A stretch of 63,873 nucleotides of DNA, counting the filler, from Candidatus Hydrogenedentota bacterium (GTDB lineage: Bacteria > JBFMHD01), in assembly GCA_040752395.1 (NCBI GenBank). It is 3 parts of 3 records of this genome, joined end to end, with 100 filler letters (N's around TTAATTAATTAA, not from the genome) between each part and the next. Parts side by side here need not be neighbours in the genome. Positions count along the whole stretch, not along the records: positions 32,286 to 63,873 come from JBFMHD010000005.1; 2 more parts are not named here. One strand, given 5' to 3'. Under the pieces are notes generated by a model. The model had not been told where the DNA came from and searched no databases. It saw only the letters and a program-made list of their open reading frames with translations. Below, piece by piece: positions 51,864 through 62,231 of this stretch (positions are counted from its first letter, which is position 1; each line of letters starts with the position of its first letter). Made by a program: the position numbers and the translations under genes.

Positions 51864-52499
51864 CTAATGGGATACCATTACTTTATTTTTACTATGATGT
51901 AGCGGTTCTCGAATATAGGATAACAGATGAATCATATCTTTTTCTTTTAAATAATTATATATCAATACCCATACACAGTCTCTATCTCGATCAGCTTCAC
52001 ATTTACCGAGAACTGCGCCACCACAGGGACCATTGTTCAAGGCTTTTGAGCATCGTGTTCTGGGACAAAATCCGCCAGTAAATCCCAGGATACATTCACC
52101 ACAAAGCGAACAATAACTACTGAATTCTGTTAATCGTTTTATAGTTCCTACAAATAAAGAATTAAGGCCTGGTATAAGTATTTTATCAGTAACTTCCCGT
52201 AAAGCCTGGACCCCTGCCCCGCAGCAAAGAACAACTATAGCATCTGCTTTATCCCACTCTTTTTTCTTATTCCTTATCATCAATCTGTCAAACCGAATAT
52301 CACAGGCAACCTCTACAACAGAGGTTCCTGTAATATTAAACCCTTTTTCTAAGAGATAAGTTTTTAGTTCATTAACCTCTTTTTCGCCGCCTGTTGCGCA
52401 TGCTGTAGCACATGCTCCGCAACCAACAATAAAAATATTTCTGTTTTTTTCAAGTAAACTGATTAATTCTTGTAAACTCTTTTTTTCTGTAACTATCAT
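51864..52499 (-). CDS. metV: MTHFR C-terminal-domain Fe-S/Zn protein MetV
   Basis: GCGACATAC, CCGAGVQ, CSLCGEC, CPRTRCSK.LNNGPCGG..GKCE; upstream of metF. Confidence 0.88.
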   Translation of the reverse strand: MIVTEKKSLQELISLLEKNRNIFIVGCGACATACATGGEKEVNELKTYLLEKGFNITGTSVVEVACDIRFDRLMIRNKKKEWDKADAIVVLCCGAGVQALREVTDKILIPGLNSLFVGTIKRLTEFSSYCSLCGECILGFTGGFCPRTRCSKALNNGPCGGAVLGKCEADRDRDCVWVLIYNYLKEKDMIHLLSYIREPLHHSKNKVMVSH

Positions 52500-52619
52500 T
52501 TTTTTATACCGTATTCACGATAACCGAATATCTTGCTTCTTGCATCTTGCTTCTGGAAGACACACGGGTCTGCTCCTTCACTTTTAACTTTTTACCAACC
52601 TCTAACTTAGGGATTACTT

Positions 52620-53780
52620 TTATCCCTTCCAGTAAGGTGAGATTTTTCGTAGTTTTTCAATGATTCCTGGTAACACAGAAAGAGTATAATCAATTTCTTC
52701 TTCTGTATTGTAACGTGATAGACTGAACCGTATAACTCCAAATGCTAACATTTCAGAGATTTTCATTGTTTTAAGAACATGTGATGGTTCCAAAGAACCT
52801 GAGGTACATGCAGAACCGGTCGAGGCACAGATACCGTCTTCACTCAAAAGTAAAAGCACCGATTCACCTTCTACACCCTCAAAACTAACATTTAATGTAT
52901 TGGGTAATCTTTTATCAAGCGCACCATTAATTCTTACTTTTGGTATTTTCTGTAATATACCTTGCTGTAATCTATCCCTGAGTTTAGTAATATATATTAT
53001 TTCTTCATTCATATTTTGTTTTGCGAGTTTGCAAGCCTCACCTATGCCAACTATACCGGTTAGATTTTCTGTCCCTGCTCTACGGCCACGTTCCTGATGT
53101 CCGCCTATAAGAAGGTTCCTTATTTTTGTGTCTTTTCTAATATAGAGTACTCCTATACCTTTTGGCGCATGAAATTTGTGACCCGATATAGATAATAAAT
53201 CTATAGAATTACTACTCATATCAATAGTGATTTTAGAAGCTGCCTGAATAGCGTCAGTATGAAAAATTGTACCTCTTTTCTTTGCGATATCTGCTAATTC
53301 TTTGACAGGGAATATCACACCTGTTTCATTATTAGCCCACATTATAGAGACTATGGCTGTATCATCTCTTATCGAATTTTTATATTCTTCAATATCAAGC
53401 AACCCATTTTCATCAACACCAAGGAAAGTAACATTGTATCCGAGTCGTTTAAGTTCTTTACACTGTTCTAAAACAGCTGGATGTTCAACCTTAGTAGTAA
53501 CAATGTGTCTTTTTTGAGGGTAGGCTTTAAGGATACCCTGGATAGCAAAATTATCACTCTCGGTTCCACAACCTGTAAAAACAATCTCAAGGGGGTCTGC
53601 ATTGATTAATGAAGCCACCTGTTCTCTTGCATTTTCAACGGCCGAGGCTGCCTCGGCTCCTATATAATGCATTGATGATGGATTACCATATTTATCATTA
53701 AGAAATGGTAAGATAGCATCTCTTACTTCTTCAGCAACTTTAGTAGTAGCATTATTATCTAAATAAATAACTCTATCCAT
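52620..53780 (-). CDS. nifS: Cysteine desulfurase NifS/IscS
   Basis: [35 protein letters not shown]. Confidence 0.95.
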   Translation of the reverse strand: MDRVIYLDNNATTKVAEEVRDAILPFLNDKYGNPSSMHYIGAEAASAVENAREQVASLINADPLEIVFTGCGTESDNFAIQGILKAYPQKRHIVTTKVEHPAVLEQCKELKRLGYNVTFLGVDENGLLDIEEYKNSIRDDTAIVSIMWANNETGVIFPVKELADIAKKRGTIFHTDAIQAASKITIDMSSNSIDLLSISGHKFHAPKGIGVLYIRKDTKIRNLLIGGHQERGRRAGTENLTGIVGIGEACKLAKQNMNEEIIYITKLRDRLQQGILQKIPKVRINGALDKRLPNTLNVSFEGVEGESVLLLLSEDGICASTGSACTSGSLEPSHVLKTMKISEMLAFGVIRFSLSRYNTEEEIDYTLSVLPGIIEKLRKISPYWKG

Positions 53781-54351
53781 TTTTAGAAAGCTCTTGTTTT
53801 AAGATGTCTTCTATTTCAGGTAAACAACTTCCGCAACCACCGCCAGCTTTGGTATAATTAGTTACATCCATAACAGTCTCTAAGTTATTCTGACGTATAA
53901 CCCTTCTTATCTTTTTTTCAGATACAGCAAAGCATTTGCATATAATAGCGGTATGGTCATCCTCCTCTTCTTTATATGGTATTCCTTTATACTTATGTAT
54001 TGCTTTATGGAGAGCATCCTCACCCATTACAGAACAATGTATTTTTTCCTGTGGTAGCCCCCCCAGATATTCAATAATATCTTTATTAGTAACTTTTATA
54101 GCTTCATCAATTGTTTTACCAATGACCATCTCAGTAAGAGCAGAAGCAGAAGCGATAGCAGATCCGCAACCAAATGTTTGAAATCTGGCATCAATAATTT
54201 TTTGTGTTTGCGGGTCGATTTTAAGCTGTAATCTCAAAGCATCTCCACAAACTAAAGAACCGACCTCAACGTCTACAGTTGGATTATCCATAACACCAAC
54301 ATTTCTCGGGTTAAGGAAATGGTCTTTAACTTTTTCAGAGTACTGCCACAT
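53773..54351 (-). CDS. nifU: Fe-S scaffold NifU (IscU domain + BFD-like [2Fe-2S] domain; no C-terminal Nfu domain)
   Basis: [30 protein letters not shown]. Confidence 0.92.
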   Translation of the reverse strand: MWQYSEKVKDHFLNPRNVGVMDNPTVDVEVGSLVCGDALRLQLKIDPQTQKIIDARFQTFGCGSAIASASALTEMVIGKTIDEAIKVTNKDIIEYLGGLPQEKIHCSVMGEDALHKAIHKYKGIPYKEEEDDHTAIICKCFAVSEKKIRRVIRQNNLETVMDVTNYTKAGGGCGSCLPEIEDILKQELSKNG

Positions 54352-54439
54352 AGTAAATCGCCGTGTCCTGTGCTTAACCCCTATACCCTATCTACCAATG
54401 TCTTGGCGTCTGGGTACAAGTCTCTGTGAAGCACTCATT

Positions 54440-54733
54440 TTATGGTCTTGTAAACTCTTTTTTAAGTAAAGAAAATAATTCTTTTTTAGTCAATCTATTA
54501 TTTATATAGGTAAGTATAAGAGACAATTTATCAGATTTTTTATAATCAAAAATTGTTTCAGTAAGAATTCTTATTTCGGAAAAAGTCAATCTTGCTGAAA
54601 TATAATAATCAATCAAGGAATCTCTTATCTCTTTATTAAGAAATGATAATAGATATAAAGTTTTCATATTTATTTTTTTCTGTAAGTATAATTTAAAAAG
54701 GTTGTCTTTTAATAAGACTAATGGATTATCCAA
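54440..54733 (-). CDS. Hypothetical protein (97 aa)
   Basis: TTG start lies within the 67-bp repeat; open for 97 codons. Confidence 0.5.
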   Translation of the reverse strand: MDNPLVLLKDNLFKLYLQKKINMKTLYLLSFLNKEIRDSLIDYYISARLTFSEIRILTETIFDYKKSDKLSLILTYINNRLTKKELFSLLKKEFTRP

Positions 54734-54749
54734 TATCTATCACCAAAAA
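54683..54749. repeat. 67-bp direct repeat, copy 1
   Basis: Identical to 55450-55516. Confidence 0.95.
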
Positions 54750-54846
54750 CAGCGATTTAGTGATTCGTAAACATATAGTCATTATGCTTTAATGTCCCGG
54801 TAAATTTAAATCTCCAATTTCCAATCTTTCCCCTCTTAGATAGGCT

Positions 54847-55107
54847 CTAAGTATATACAAGTGGATACTTTTCTGGTGATTCAATAGATTCTATCTCTAA
54901 ATCTATATCTAAATCTGGCCAGTAAAGATGATGTGGTTGTGGTAAACCAACGTTTAAAATAGATGATATATTGGCATCTTTGAACCAGGGAAAAGCTGAA
55001 AATGGTAGAAAGTATTCATTCTGACGCACCAGTAGCCAAAATCCATGTTTAGAGATATTCAGCACTTCAACCATGGAAGTGCTTTTTCCAGCTATCTTTG
55101 ATTTCAT
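54847..55107 (-). CDS. DUF2442 protein (putative antitoxin)
   Basis: GFWLL...EYFLPF..FPWF..A...LYWPDLDIDL..ESIE.PEKYPL. Confidence 0.85.
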   Translation of the reverse strand: MKSKIAGKSTSMVEVLNISKHGFWLLVRQNEYFLPFSAFPWFKDANISSILNVGLPQPHHLYWPDLDIDLEIESIESPEKYPLVYT

Positions 55108-55306
55108 CTTTTCTCTCCTTGATAATTTTCTGGATGTATCGAAGATCTTTTGGGGATAATTTATAATTCTGAACTAATGAAACAGAAGGCTCTAACCAAA
55201 ACTTTGCCTCCCCCTTACCAGATGAAACATGAATGTGTATTCTTTTCTCTTCACGAGAAAAGAAAAAGAATCGGTAACCTTTATAACGAAACACCGTTGG
55301 ACTCAT
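55067..55306 (-). CDS. DUF4160 protein (putative HicA-like toxin)
   Basis: MSPTVFRYKGYRFFFFSREE..HIHV....EAKFWL...WKKHF. Start trimmed to ATG 55306. Confidence 0.88.
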   Translation of the reverse strand: MSPTVFRYKGYRFFFFSREEKRIHIHVSSGKGEAKFWLEPSVSLVQNYKLSPKDLRYIQKIIKERKDEIKDSWKKHFHG

Positions 55307-55449
55307 AATAATATTTATCACTTTGCGACTAATGAACATTCGTAATGATGTTTTATATATACCATTTACACCGAGTTTGTCAAGCTTTTTCACCCCCACA
55401 CACCAAATCATTTAACTTAGCCTTGTGCTTACAGCAAAAAAAAGGCAGA

Positions 55450-55516
55450 TAAGTATAATTTAAAAAGGTTGTCTTTTAATAAGACTAATGGATTATCCAA
55501 TATCTATCACCAAAAA
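55450..55516. repeat. 67-bp direct repeat, copy 2
   Basis: Identical to 54683-54749; includes the 3' end of the prepilin peptidase gene. Confidence 0.95.
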
Positions 55517-56024
55517 TTATAATTATTATTATACCTATTAAGAAATTTATTTCATAAGGGTAGACACTTTTTTTATCAGCAGTATCAATCCTGCCAAAAG
55601 ATAAATTCATTATATATAATGAAGTGGCGATATCCTTAATCTTTTGCCAGAATATTCGTCTATGTAACATAACAACTATTGAACCAAAAAATCCACAAGC
55701 AAAAGAATATATCAATGCATTTATACAAAATATATAACCCATTAAGCTACCAACAGCACACATAAGTTTTACATCCCCTCCCCCAAACCAACCTTTACGA
55801 TAAGGTATCCAGAAAATAACTAAAGGTATCATAAAACCAGCTAAGGAATACATTACAGATTGAGGCCGTGATAGAGCAAAGTCATAGGGTTGTATTATTG
55901 ACATTATTATACCAAAAACACAAACAGGTATAGTAAGTATATTATATATCTTTCCTTTAGCGATGTCTGTTATGGTTGCTATAATTAAAGTAATGAATAA
56001 AATTATAATTCTTAAAGTATCCAT
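55485..56024 (-). CDS. cpaA: A24 prepilin peptidase (CpaA/TadV type)
   Basis: TDIAKGKIYN and GGGDVKL aspartate motifs; follows Flp pilin. Start trimmed to ATG 56024. Confidence 0.88.
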   Translation of the reverse strand: MDTLRIIILFITLIIATITDIAKGKIYNILTIPVCVFGIIMSIIQPYDFALSRPQSVMYSLAGFMIPLVIFWIPYRKGWFGGGDVKLMCAVGSLMGYIFCINALIYSFACGFFGSIVVMLHRRIFWQKIKDIATSLYIMNLSFGRIDTADKKSVYPYEINFLIGIIIIIIFGDRYWIIH

Positions 56025-56059
56025 AAAAACCCTAATTCGGCACCACTTTGGTAAATTAA

Positions 56060-56093
56060 AAAGCCCTGCGTGGGTTTCCCCATGCAGGGCTTT
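56060..56093 (-). terminator. Hairpin between flp and the prepilin peptidase
   Basis: AAAGCCCTGCGTGGG-TTTC-CCCATGCAGGGCTTT with a T-tract on the minus strand. Confidence 0.7.
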
Positions 56094-56130
56094 GCGGTTT
56101 TCAAAAGTCAATTTTAAACGTCTTTTAGAA

Positions 56131-56322
56131 TTAATAAATCGCTGCGCTAAGTGCGCCTTGACCTTCACCAACATTGTTCTCATTAACAGTTCTCTTGAAC
56201 ATGTTGCTGATCTGAGGACCAAGAGCTACAAAAACTGCGATAACAATAATCGCGATCAAGCCGACAATTAACCCATATTCCACCATACCCTGACCCGCTT
56301 CATCCCTATAGAATTTTCTCAT
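56131..56322 (-). CDS. flp: Flp family type IVb pilin
   Basis: RDEAG|QGMVEYGLI motif, hydrophobic helix, AAGGAGGT SD. Confidence 0.92.
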   Translation of the reverse strand: MRKFYRDEAGQGMVEYGLIVGLIAIIVIAVFVALGPQISNMFKRTVNENNVGEGQGALSAAIY

Positions 56323-56638
56323 TTTTTATAACACCTCCTTTCTTTTTAAGATTTTAATATATCGAAAATATATTACTTATACTAAATACAATTTTACTCC
56401 TTTTTTAAAGATCTGTCAAGTAAATTTTTCACTTTTTTTTACGCCATTATTAAGAGGCACCGCGAGTCGTGCTTCTTAATTTACTAAATAATATTATACA
56501 TAATTTACAAAAAAAGTCAATGTGTATTTTATCACTGGTACTTTAGTACTATTTTATGCGGCATCGTTTTCGAAGAGGTGCTGTACTTGATAAATAGTTG
56601 ACATTTAATAAAATATAAAATAATAGTAAATAACAAGT

Positions 56639-56724
56639 GCCGGAGTGGCGGAACTGGGAGACGCAGTGGACTCAAAATCCACCGGGGCCTCGGCTCTGTG
56701 CCGGTTCAATTCCGGCCTCCGGCA
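56639..56724 (+). tRNA. tRNA-Leu (CAA)
   Basis: GCCGGAG acceptor stem pairs with CTCCGGC; anticodon arm GTGGA-CTCAAAA-TCCAC; long variable arm; GGTTCAATTCC T-loop; CCA not encoded. Confidence 0.95.
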
Positions 56725-56873
56725 ACTGATTAAACCACCAAGGAATTGAACGGACATTTTGCGCCGAGCGGATAGCGAGGAAAAGCGAACAAATCAATTT
56801 TTCGCTTGACTAAAATTAAAAAATATGCCATAAAAAACAACAAAGTAGAATAATTTTAACTCTGGAGATAAAA

Positions 56874-57035
56874 ATGAGTAGTAAATTTGATATCTTAAAA
56901 GAGTTTTTTGAATTTTTGAAAAAAGAGAAGCTCTGGTGGATGACACCTATAGTTATTGTGCTTGTGTTATTCGGTATCCTGATTGTTTTTGCTAAAACAT
57001 CGGCGGTGGCACCATTTATCTACGCTTTGTTTTAA
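56874..57035 (+). CDS. Small membrane protein, DUF5989-like (53 aa)
   Basis: Not in ORF track. MSSKFDILKEFFEFLKKEKLWWMTPIVIVLVLFGILIVFAKTSAVAPFIYALF, with GGAG SD. Confidence 0.85.
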   Translation: MSSKFDILKEFFEFLKKEKLWWMTPIVIVLVLFGILIVFAKTSAVAPFIYALF

Positions 57036-57070
57036 GCTATCCATATTTTTTTATTTTTCTATAATTTTCA

Positions 57071-58693
57071 TTATAAATTCTGTTCGAGAGGCAGTAAAAT
57101 TTTGAATTTGGTTCCTTTGGCTATGATTGAGCTTAACTCTATGCGTCCATTGTGACTTCTTATTATTTTGTCTACGATAGCCAACCCCAACCCTGTGCCG
57201 GTCTTCTTTTTTGTAAAATATGGTAGAAAAATATTGTTCAAAGTATCTTCATCCATCCCCTGGCCGTTATCTTCGATATACAAATATACCCAATCCGCAT
57301 CCCTTTGAACTTTTATAATCATAATTTTTTCATCTTTGTCAAATGATTCAATTGAATTTTTTATAACATTATAAACACTTCTTTTAATCTGAGACTTATC
57401 ACAATCTATTAGCAATCTATCATCTGGATATTCTTTTATTATTTTTATATTGTTATCATCAAACATTGATAAAGTTTCTTCAACTATATTAACGATATCA
57501 TTTTTTGCAAATGTAGGGGATGGCATTTTAGCAAACTCACTAAAACTTTCTATCATTTTTGAGATGTCATAACTTGATTCTTCTACTATTTTTAAACTCT
57601 TTTCTATTATTTCCTCTTTGTTATCAATATTGTATTCTTTATTTAGAATTTTTTTTAATTTACCTATTTCGATTTCGATTGGGCTTAACAAATTTTTTAT
57701 TTCATGAGCGATTCCCCGTGCGACATCGCGCCAGGCAGCCATACGTTCAGAATTTTTTAATGTTTCCTCAAAATGAACAATATCGTCCATCATCTTACGC
57801 ATTGCGTAGGCTAATCTACTTATCTCATCTCTGCCTTTAACCCTTATATTAACATTTCTGTTTCCTTTCCCTATTTCAAAAGCCACTTCTGAAAGCTGTT
57901 TAATTCTTCGAGATAACCTGCCACTAAAATAATAGATCAGTGGTAAAGTTATAAGGAATGCGAATGCACCTGTTTTTATAAGAGTCGATTTTATTATTCC
58001 CAGCTCTTTTTCTAACTCGCCATAATCCTTTTCTACACCTATTCTCAAACCCTGGATCTCAGTCTCAATAATTGAAATATTTGGTTTTATCAAACCTTCT
58101 TCAGTTATTATCTGACATTTCACTCCCCAATTTCGTTCAAGCAAAGTAAGCGAACCCTGTAAATTTATGCCTCCGCTTAAGAATCCCGCAAACCTATCAC
58201 CAATACTAACAGGGGCTGTTAAAACAATAAACAAATCCTCGCTCTTATTATTTGCTATATATTTAGTTACATTTCTACCTGTCCTTGATTTTCTTTGTAA
58301 ACCAGATACATTACCACTTGAATATAATAATTTATCGTATTCGTCATAGAAGGCAATAAAATCAAGTCCTGATACGGGTAATATATTTTTAATAAATTCG
58401 GAAAGGAGCCGACCCTTATACAAATCATTACGTTCTATTGAGATAAGATATTCCATTACACTTCTTCTAAAATCATCACTTTTTGTAATACTATTCATCT
58501 TATCGTTCAATGAATTAATGGTATTACTTAAATCAAAACTTATCCACTCTTTCAATAATCTAAACTGGTTTTCATAATTAAGCTCCCATCTTTTTGTGTA
58601 ATTTTTCTGGAAATAAATTATACCTGCAACTACAACCAGGCCGATTACAAAAATAAAGGTTAGTATCAATTGAGCACGTATAGGAAATCTCAT
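57071..58693 (-). CDS. Membrane HAMP sensor histidine kinase (NtrY-like)
   Basis: Two TMs, HAMP (GRDEISRL), AWRDVARGIAHEIKN, DNGQG, GTGLGL. Confidence 0.9.
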   Translation of the reverse strand: MRFPIRAQLILTFIFVIGLVVVAGIIYFQKNYTKRWELNYENQFRLLKEWISFDLSNTINSLNDKMNSITKSDDFRRSVMEYLISIERNDLYKGRLLSEFIKNILPVSGLDFIAFYDEYDKLLYSSGNVSGLQRKSRTGRNVTKYIANNKSEDLFIVLTAPVSIGDRFAGFLSGGINLQGSLTLLERNWGVKCQIITEEGLIKPNISIIETEIQGLRIGVEKDYGELEKELGIIKSTLIKTGAFAFLITLPLIYYFSGRLSRRIKQLSEVAFEIGKGNRNVNIRVKGRDEISRLAYAMRKMMDDIVHFEETLKNSERMAAWRDVARGIAHEIKNLLSPIEIEIGKLKKILNKEYNIDNKEEIIEKSLKIVEESSYDISKMIESFSEFAKMPSPTFAKNDIVNIVEETLSMFDDNNIKIIKEYPDDRLLIDCDKSQIKRSVYNVIKNSIESFDKDEKIMIIKVQRDADWVYLYIEDNGQGMDEDTLNNIFLPYFTKKKTGTGLGLAIVDKIIRSHNGRIELSSIIAKGTKFKILLPLEQNL

Positions 58694-58695
58694 AA

Positions 58696-60225
58696 TTATT
58701 TTCTACCTTTTAAAATCCAGACGCTCTCAAACGAAAAACCTTCAAAGGGTTTAAAATAAAAGTTTTCTATATATGGTTGTCTTACCCAGAAATTCTGCAA
58801 TTTAAAAAGCGGTAGAATAATATATTGATTCAGGATATACTTTTCAACTTCAACATAGCCGCTGTTACTTATCCCCTGACGTTCTGAATTCAGTATCTCG
58901 TCCACTCTCTTATCACAAAACCCAAAAAGATTAAAACCAGTGTTTATACAGGAGGAATGAAACAAAGGGAATAGAACAGCATCAGAATGAGGTAAAAAAG
59001 TATCAAACGAAAATATAAATATGTCACCTTTTCCATCATTAAGAGATTGGATAAATTCTTCTGTATAACATTCTTTTACTGTTATGGAGATATCTATTGA
59101 TTTCAATTGAGTTCTGATAATCTCAGCTATATTCTTTAAATGTAAATTATCAGAAACTACCATCAGGGTCAATTCCGGCTTCAAGCCCTCACGGTAAATA
59201 ATATCTCTCGCGCTTAATAGATTATAATCTACTCCTGTTTTATCTGGGTGATTTAAAATCATATCAGGTATAATCCAGTCAATTATTTCGCCTCTGGTCT
59301 GCGTTACTTTTTTTAATATATCAGCTTTATCTATAGCCATAAAAACAGCTTTTCTTAATGACAAATTTTGTATTTTTTTACTTCTCAAATTCATACCTAT
59401 AAAAATAAAACCCAATCTGTCTTCCTCTATAATATTTTGAGACCATAGAGCATCGTTTTTTAATCTCTGTAATTCGGAGTATGGAATTTTATATAAATCT
59501 AAATCTCCAAGTTCAAATTTTAATAAACCGTCGAAAACATCTTTCACAAAGCTGAAAGTTATTTTTTCTATGAAAGGGACACCTCTGAAATAATAGGGGT
59601 TTCTTGTCAGTTTTATATTTTTCTCATCCAATCCCTCTATCATAAACGGTCCACAGCCAATAATCTGAGCCGGGTCATTCAGGTTTTCAGTTTTATCAGG
59701 TATAACATAACCAAATTCAGTTGATAAAACCTGTAAAAAACAGGTGTATGGTTGTATAAGTTCGAAAATAACTTTATCATTTGAAATAATTTTTATGCCT
59801 GAGATATCAGAACTTTTACCCTGACTGAATTCTTTAAATCCCTTTAGCATAGAAAACGCCCACTTCTTATCCGAATCTATAGCCGGGCTCGCAAATCTTT
59901 CGATTGAGAATTTAACATCTTTTGAGTCAAGTTTTTTACCGTTATGAAACCGCACATCTTCTCTAAAAGAAACAAGAATAGTAATTCCAGTATCATTTAT
60001 CTCCCAATCAGTAATGATATTAGGTAATGGGTTTCCCTTTTCATCTATCCTTAACAATGGTTCAAAAATCTGTTTGGTAATAATTTTCTCATCATCATTT
60101 AGATATTTTATCGGGTCTAAATTTTTTATCTTAGAGTTGATGGAGATACGAATCTCTCCCCCTTTCTGTGGATATCTGAAGCCCGAAATAATTATTAATA
60201 AAATTAAAAAAAATACTCTCTTCAT
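58696..60225 (-). CDS. ABC transporter substrate-binding protein, family 5 (Opp/Dpp-like)
   Basis: LDP, VRFHNGKKLDSKDVKFSIER, IGCGPF. Start trimmed to ATG 60225 (ATGA overlap with upstream gene). Confidence 0.88.
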   Translation of the reverse strand: MKRVFFLILLIIISGFRYPQKGGEIRISINSKIKNLDPIKYLNDDEKIITKQIFEPLLRIDEKGNPLPNIITDWEINDTGITILVSFREDVRFHNGKKLDSKDVKFSIERFASPAIDSDKKWAFSMLKGFKEFSQGKSSDISGIKIISNDKVIFELIQPYTCFLQVLSTEFGYVIPDKTENLNDPAQIIGCGPFMIEGLDEKNIKLTRNPYYFRGVPFIEKITFSFVKDVFDGLLKFELGDLDLYKIPYSELQRLKNDALWSQNIIEEDRLGFIFIGMNLRSKKIQNLSLRKAVFMAIDKADILKKVTQTRGEIIDWIIPDMILNHPDKTGVDYNLLSARDIIYREGLKPELTLMVVSDNLHLKNIAEIIRTQLKSIDISITVKECYTEEFIQSLNDGKGDIFIFSFDTFLPHSDAVLFPLFHSSCINTGFNLFGFCDKRVDEILNSERQGISNSGYVEVEKYILNQYIILPLFKLQNFWVRQPYIENFYFKPFEGFSFESVWILKGRK

Positions 60226-61787
60226 TTTTTCACTATCCATAGTTCGATTCTATCTCCGCCCATTCTATTTCCTTTAAGCAAAAGAAGATAATCTTCATTT
60301 TTATCTTTTTTAAATACTGATAAATCCCATATAGTATCCTTAGATTTAATTTTATTTATACATTCAAACTTATTATCTTTAATTTCATATTGATAAAGTA
60401 TATCATCTCCTCCAACAGGATAATTAGACGTGAAATAAAGATATTTTTCTTTATCGTATTCAAATTTTGGTCCCACAATCAGATTTTCAATAAGAGTTAT
60501 AACACGATTATTATCTAATAATCCCTTAACATAGCCTTCCCTATCAATATAAACAATCTTTATAGCGGTATCTAAAATATCTAAATCAGAGTAATCTTCA
60601 TTTATTTTCAAATTATCTATAATAAAACCACCTGAGGTTTTATCTAAAGTTATGATATATGTAGTATCAGAAGAATAATAAAAATCTTTAAAGTGTGATG
60701 AGACAATCTTATCTTCTTTAACTTTTGAGACGACTGTTTCTAATTTTCTCGAAAATTCAATACTCTCTTTTTGTATTTTGTAAATCAGACTACCATCAGG
60801 AGAAGTATTTGTCGTAATAACCATATTTTCTCTGCCACAACCTTCAAAATCATAAAAGAATATATCACAAATTTCAAAAAGCACGGATTGATAAGGCACA
60901 GGAATTTTAAATCTTGATGATATCAATATTGGTTCTATATCATTTTTTATTCTATAAATTATTATCTCTTCATCTGTAATTACCACACATTCGGGTATGT
61001 CGTCTTTATCAATATCATACAATTTTACAGCCCTTGCATTTTCTCTCGGTAAATCATAATTTAACAACCATTTCATTGCGCCCAGCTGATGACTGCTAAT
61101 ATAAATAAATTCGATTTCTTTATCTCTCTTTATAGAAACAACTTTAGATTCTATTATAAATTTATCTTTCAAATTATATATTTCCACACCAATATCCATT
61201 GATTCACCTTTACAAGCCACACCTAAAACAACCAATCTATCATATTGTTTTGTATATTTTGTAACAACTTTATTAACATCCACTATCTCTTCTTTTTTAT
61301 ACTCAGCTTCGATACCATCTACTTTTATTATTCCTTTTAAGTATAATAGAACTCTGTTTAGAAAAACATCTTTCTCAAAATCTTCTGAAAATAAAAACAA
61401 ATTTTTTATTTTATTTTTTCTTACAGCAACGTTACCAACTTCAAAAACACCTTCTCCCTGTATTCGTATTCCTGATGATGTAAGCTCTTTTATTTCTCTT
61501 ATACCGATAACTCCCTGAGGTATTAAATGTTCTTCTTCTTTATCAGTAATCCTTATCTTAATCTTCTTATAGACGTTCATCTCATCACCTATAAATACAG
61601 CATGGTTCATTCCTGCATCAATAACACAGAAATTTCCATCTGTAAAAATCACTTTGTGTTCAGTGTTTTTCAAATAAAAACCAATGTCCTTAAAAAGTTT
61701 TTTAATCTCGTCTTTATAATTTGTTTCTGCATGGACCTGATATTTAGAGAACAGAAGGATTAAAATAAAAATGATTACGCGTTTCAT
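60222..61787 (-). CDS. Hypothetical exported protein (FlgT_C-like N-region, FG-GAP-like motif)
   Basis: Signal peptide; DIDKDDIPECVV motif; translationally coupled to the SBP gene. Confidence 0.55.
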   Translation of the reverse strand: MKRVIIFILILLFSKYQVHAETNYKDEIKKLFKDIGFYLKNTEHKVIFTDGNFCVIDAGMNHAVFIGDEMNVYKKIKIRITDKEEEHLIPQGVIGIREIKELTSSGIRIQGEGVFEVGNVAVRKNKIKNLFLFSEDFEKDVFLNRVLLYLKGIIKVDGIEAEYKKEEIVDVNKVVTKYTKQYDRLVVLGVACKGESMDIGVEIYNLKDKFIIESKVVSIKRDKEIEFIYISSHQLGAMKWLLNYDLPRENARAVKLYDIDKDDIPECVVITDEEIIIYRIKNDIEPILISSRFKIPVPYQSVLFEICDIFFYDFEGCGRENMVITTNTSPDGSLIYKIQKESIEFSRKLETVVSKVKEDKIVSSHFKDFYYSSDTTYIITLDKTSGGFIIDNLKINEDYSDLDILDTAIKIVYIDREGYVKGLLDNNRVITLIENLIVGPKFEYDKEKYLYFTSNYPVGGDDILYQYEIKDNKFECINKIKSKDTIWDLSVFKKDKNEDYLLLLKGNRMGGDRIELWIVKK

Positions 61788-62231
61788 AGTATCCTATAAT
61801 TTATATATTTATAACAATTTTGCAAGCAACTTCTGAAAAACTTTGTAGCTATAATAACCTGTTCTGATACTTATTACTTCTCACTTCTTACTTTCAAAGG
61901 CACAAAGGCACAAAGTATGAAAAAGTTAGGAGTTAGGAGCTCGGAACTCTGAACTCATATTTATAGTACTTTTTTCCTATGATAAAATAAAACTTATATA
62001 CTATTTATTTTTTTTACAGAAATGACTTATAATAGTGAGAAAGAAGATGGCTAAAGCCAGCCCTGAGTAGACAAGATAGGAGGTATTAAGGATGTCGAAC
62101 ATTGAGAGATTAAAAGGGTTTCTGAAAAACAATCAAAATAACCGTTCTTTAGAAAAAAATAGACCTCAAACAGATAATAATAAAAAAATCTTATTTCGTC
62201 GCAAAGTTGGTCTGCGATGATGCATACCGTA

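Noticed and set aside
52620-54351. nifS-nifU as evidence of nitrogen fixation
   Set aside because: No nifHDK nearby; NifSU is a common housekeeping Fe-S system in anaerobes.
56639-57070. Prophage or island integrated at tRNA-Leu
   Set aside because: No integrase and no duplicated tRNA 3' end seen in the window.
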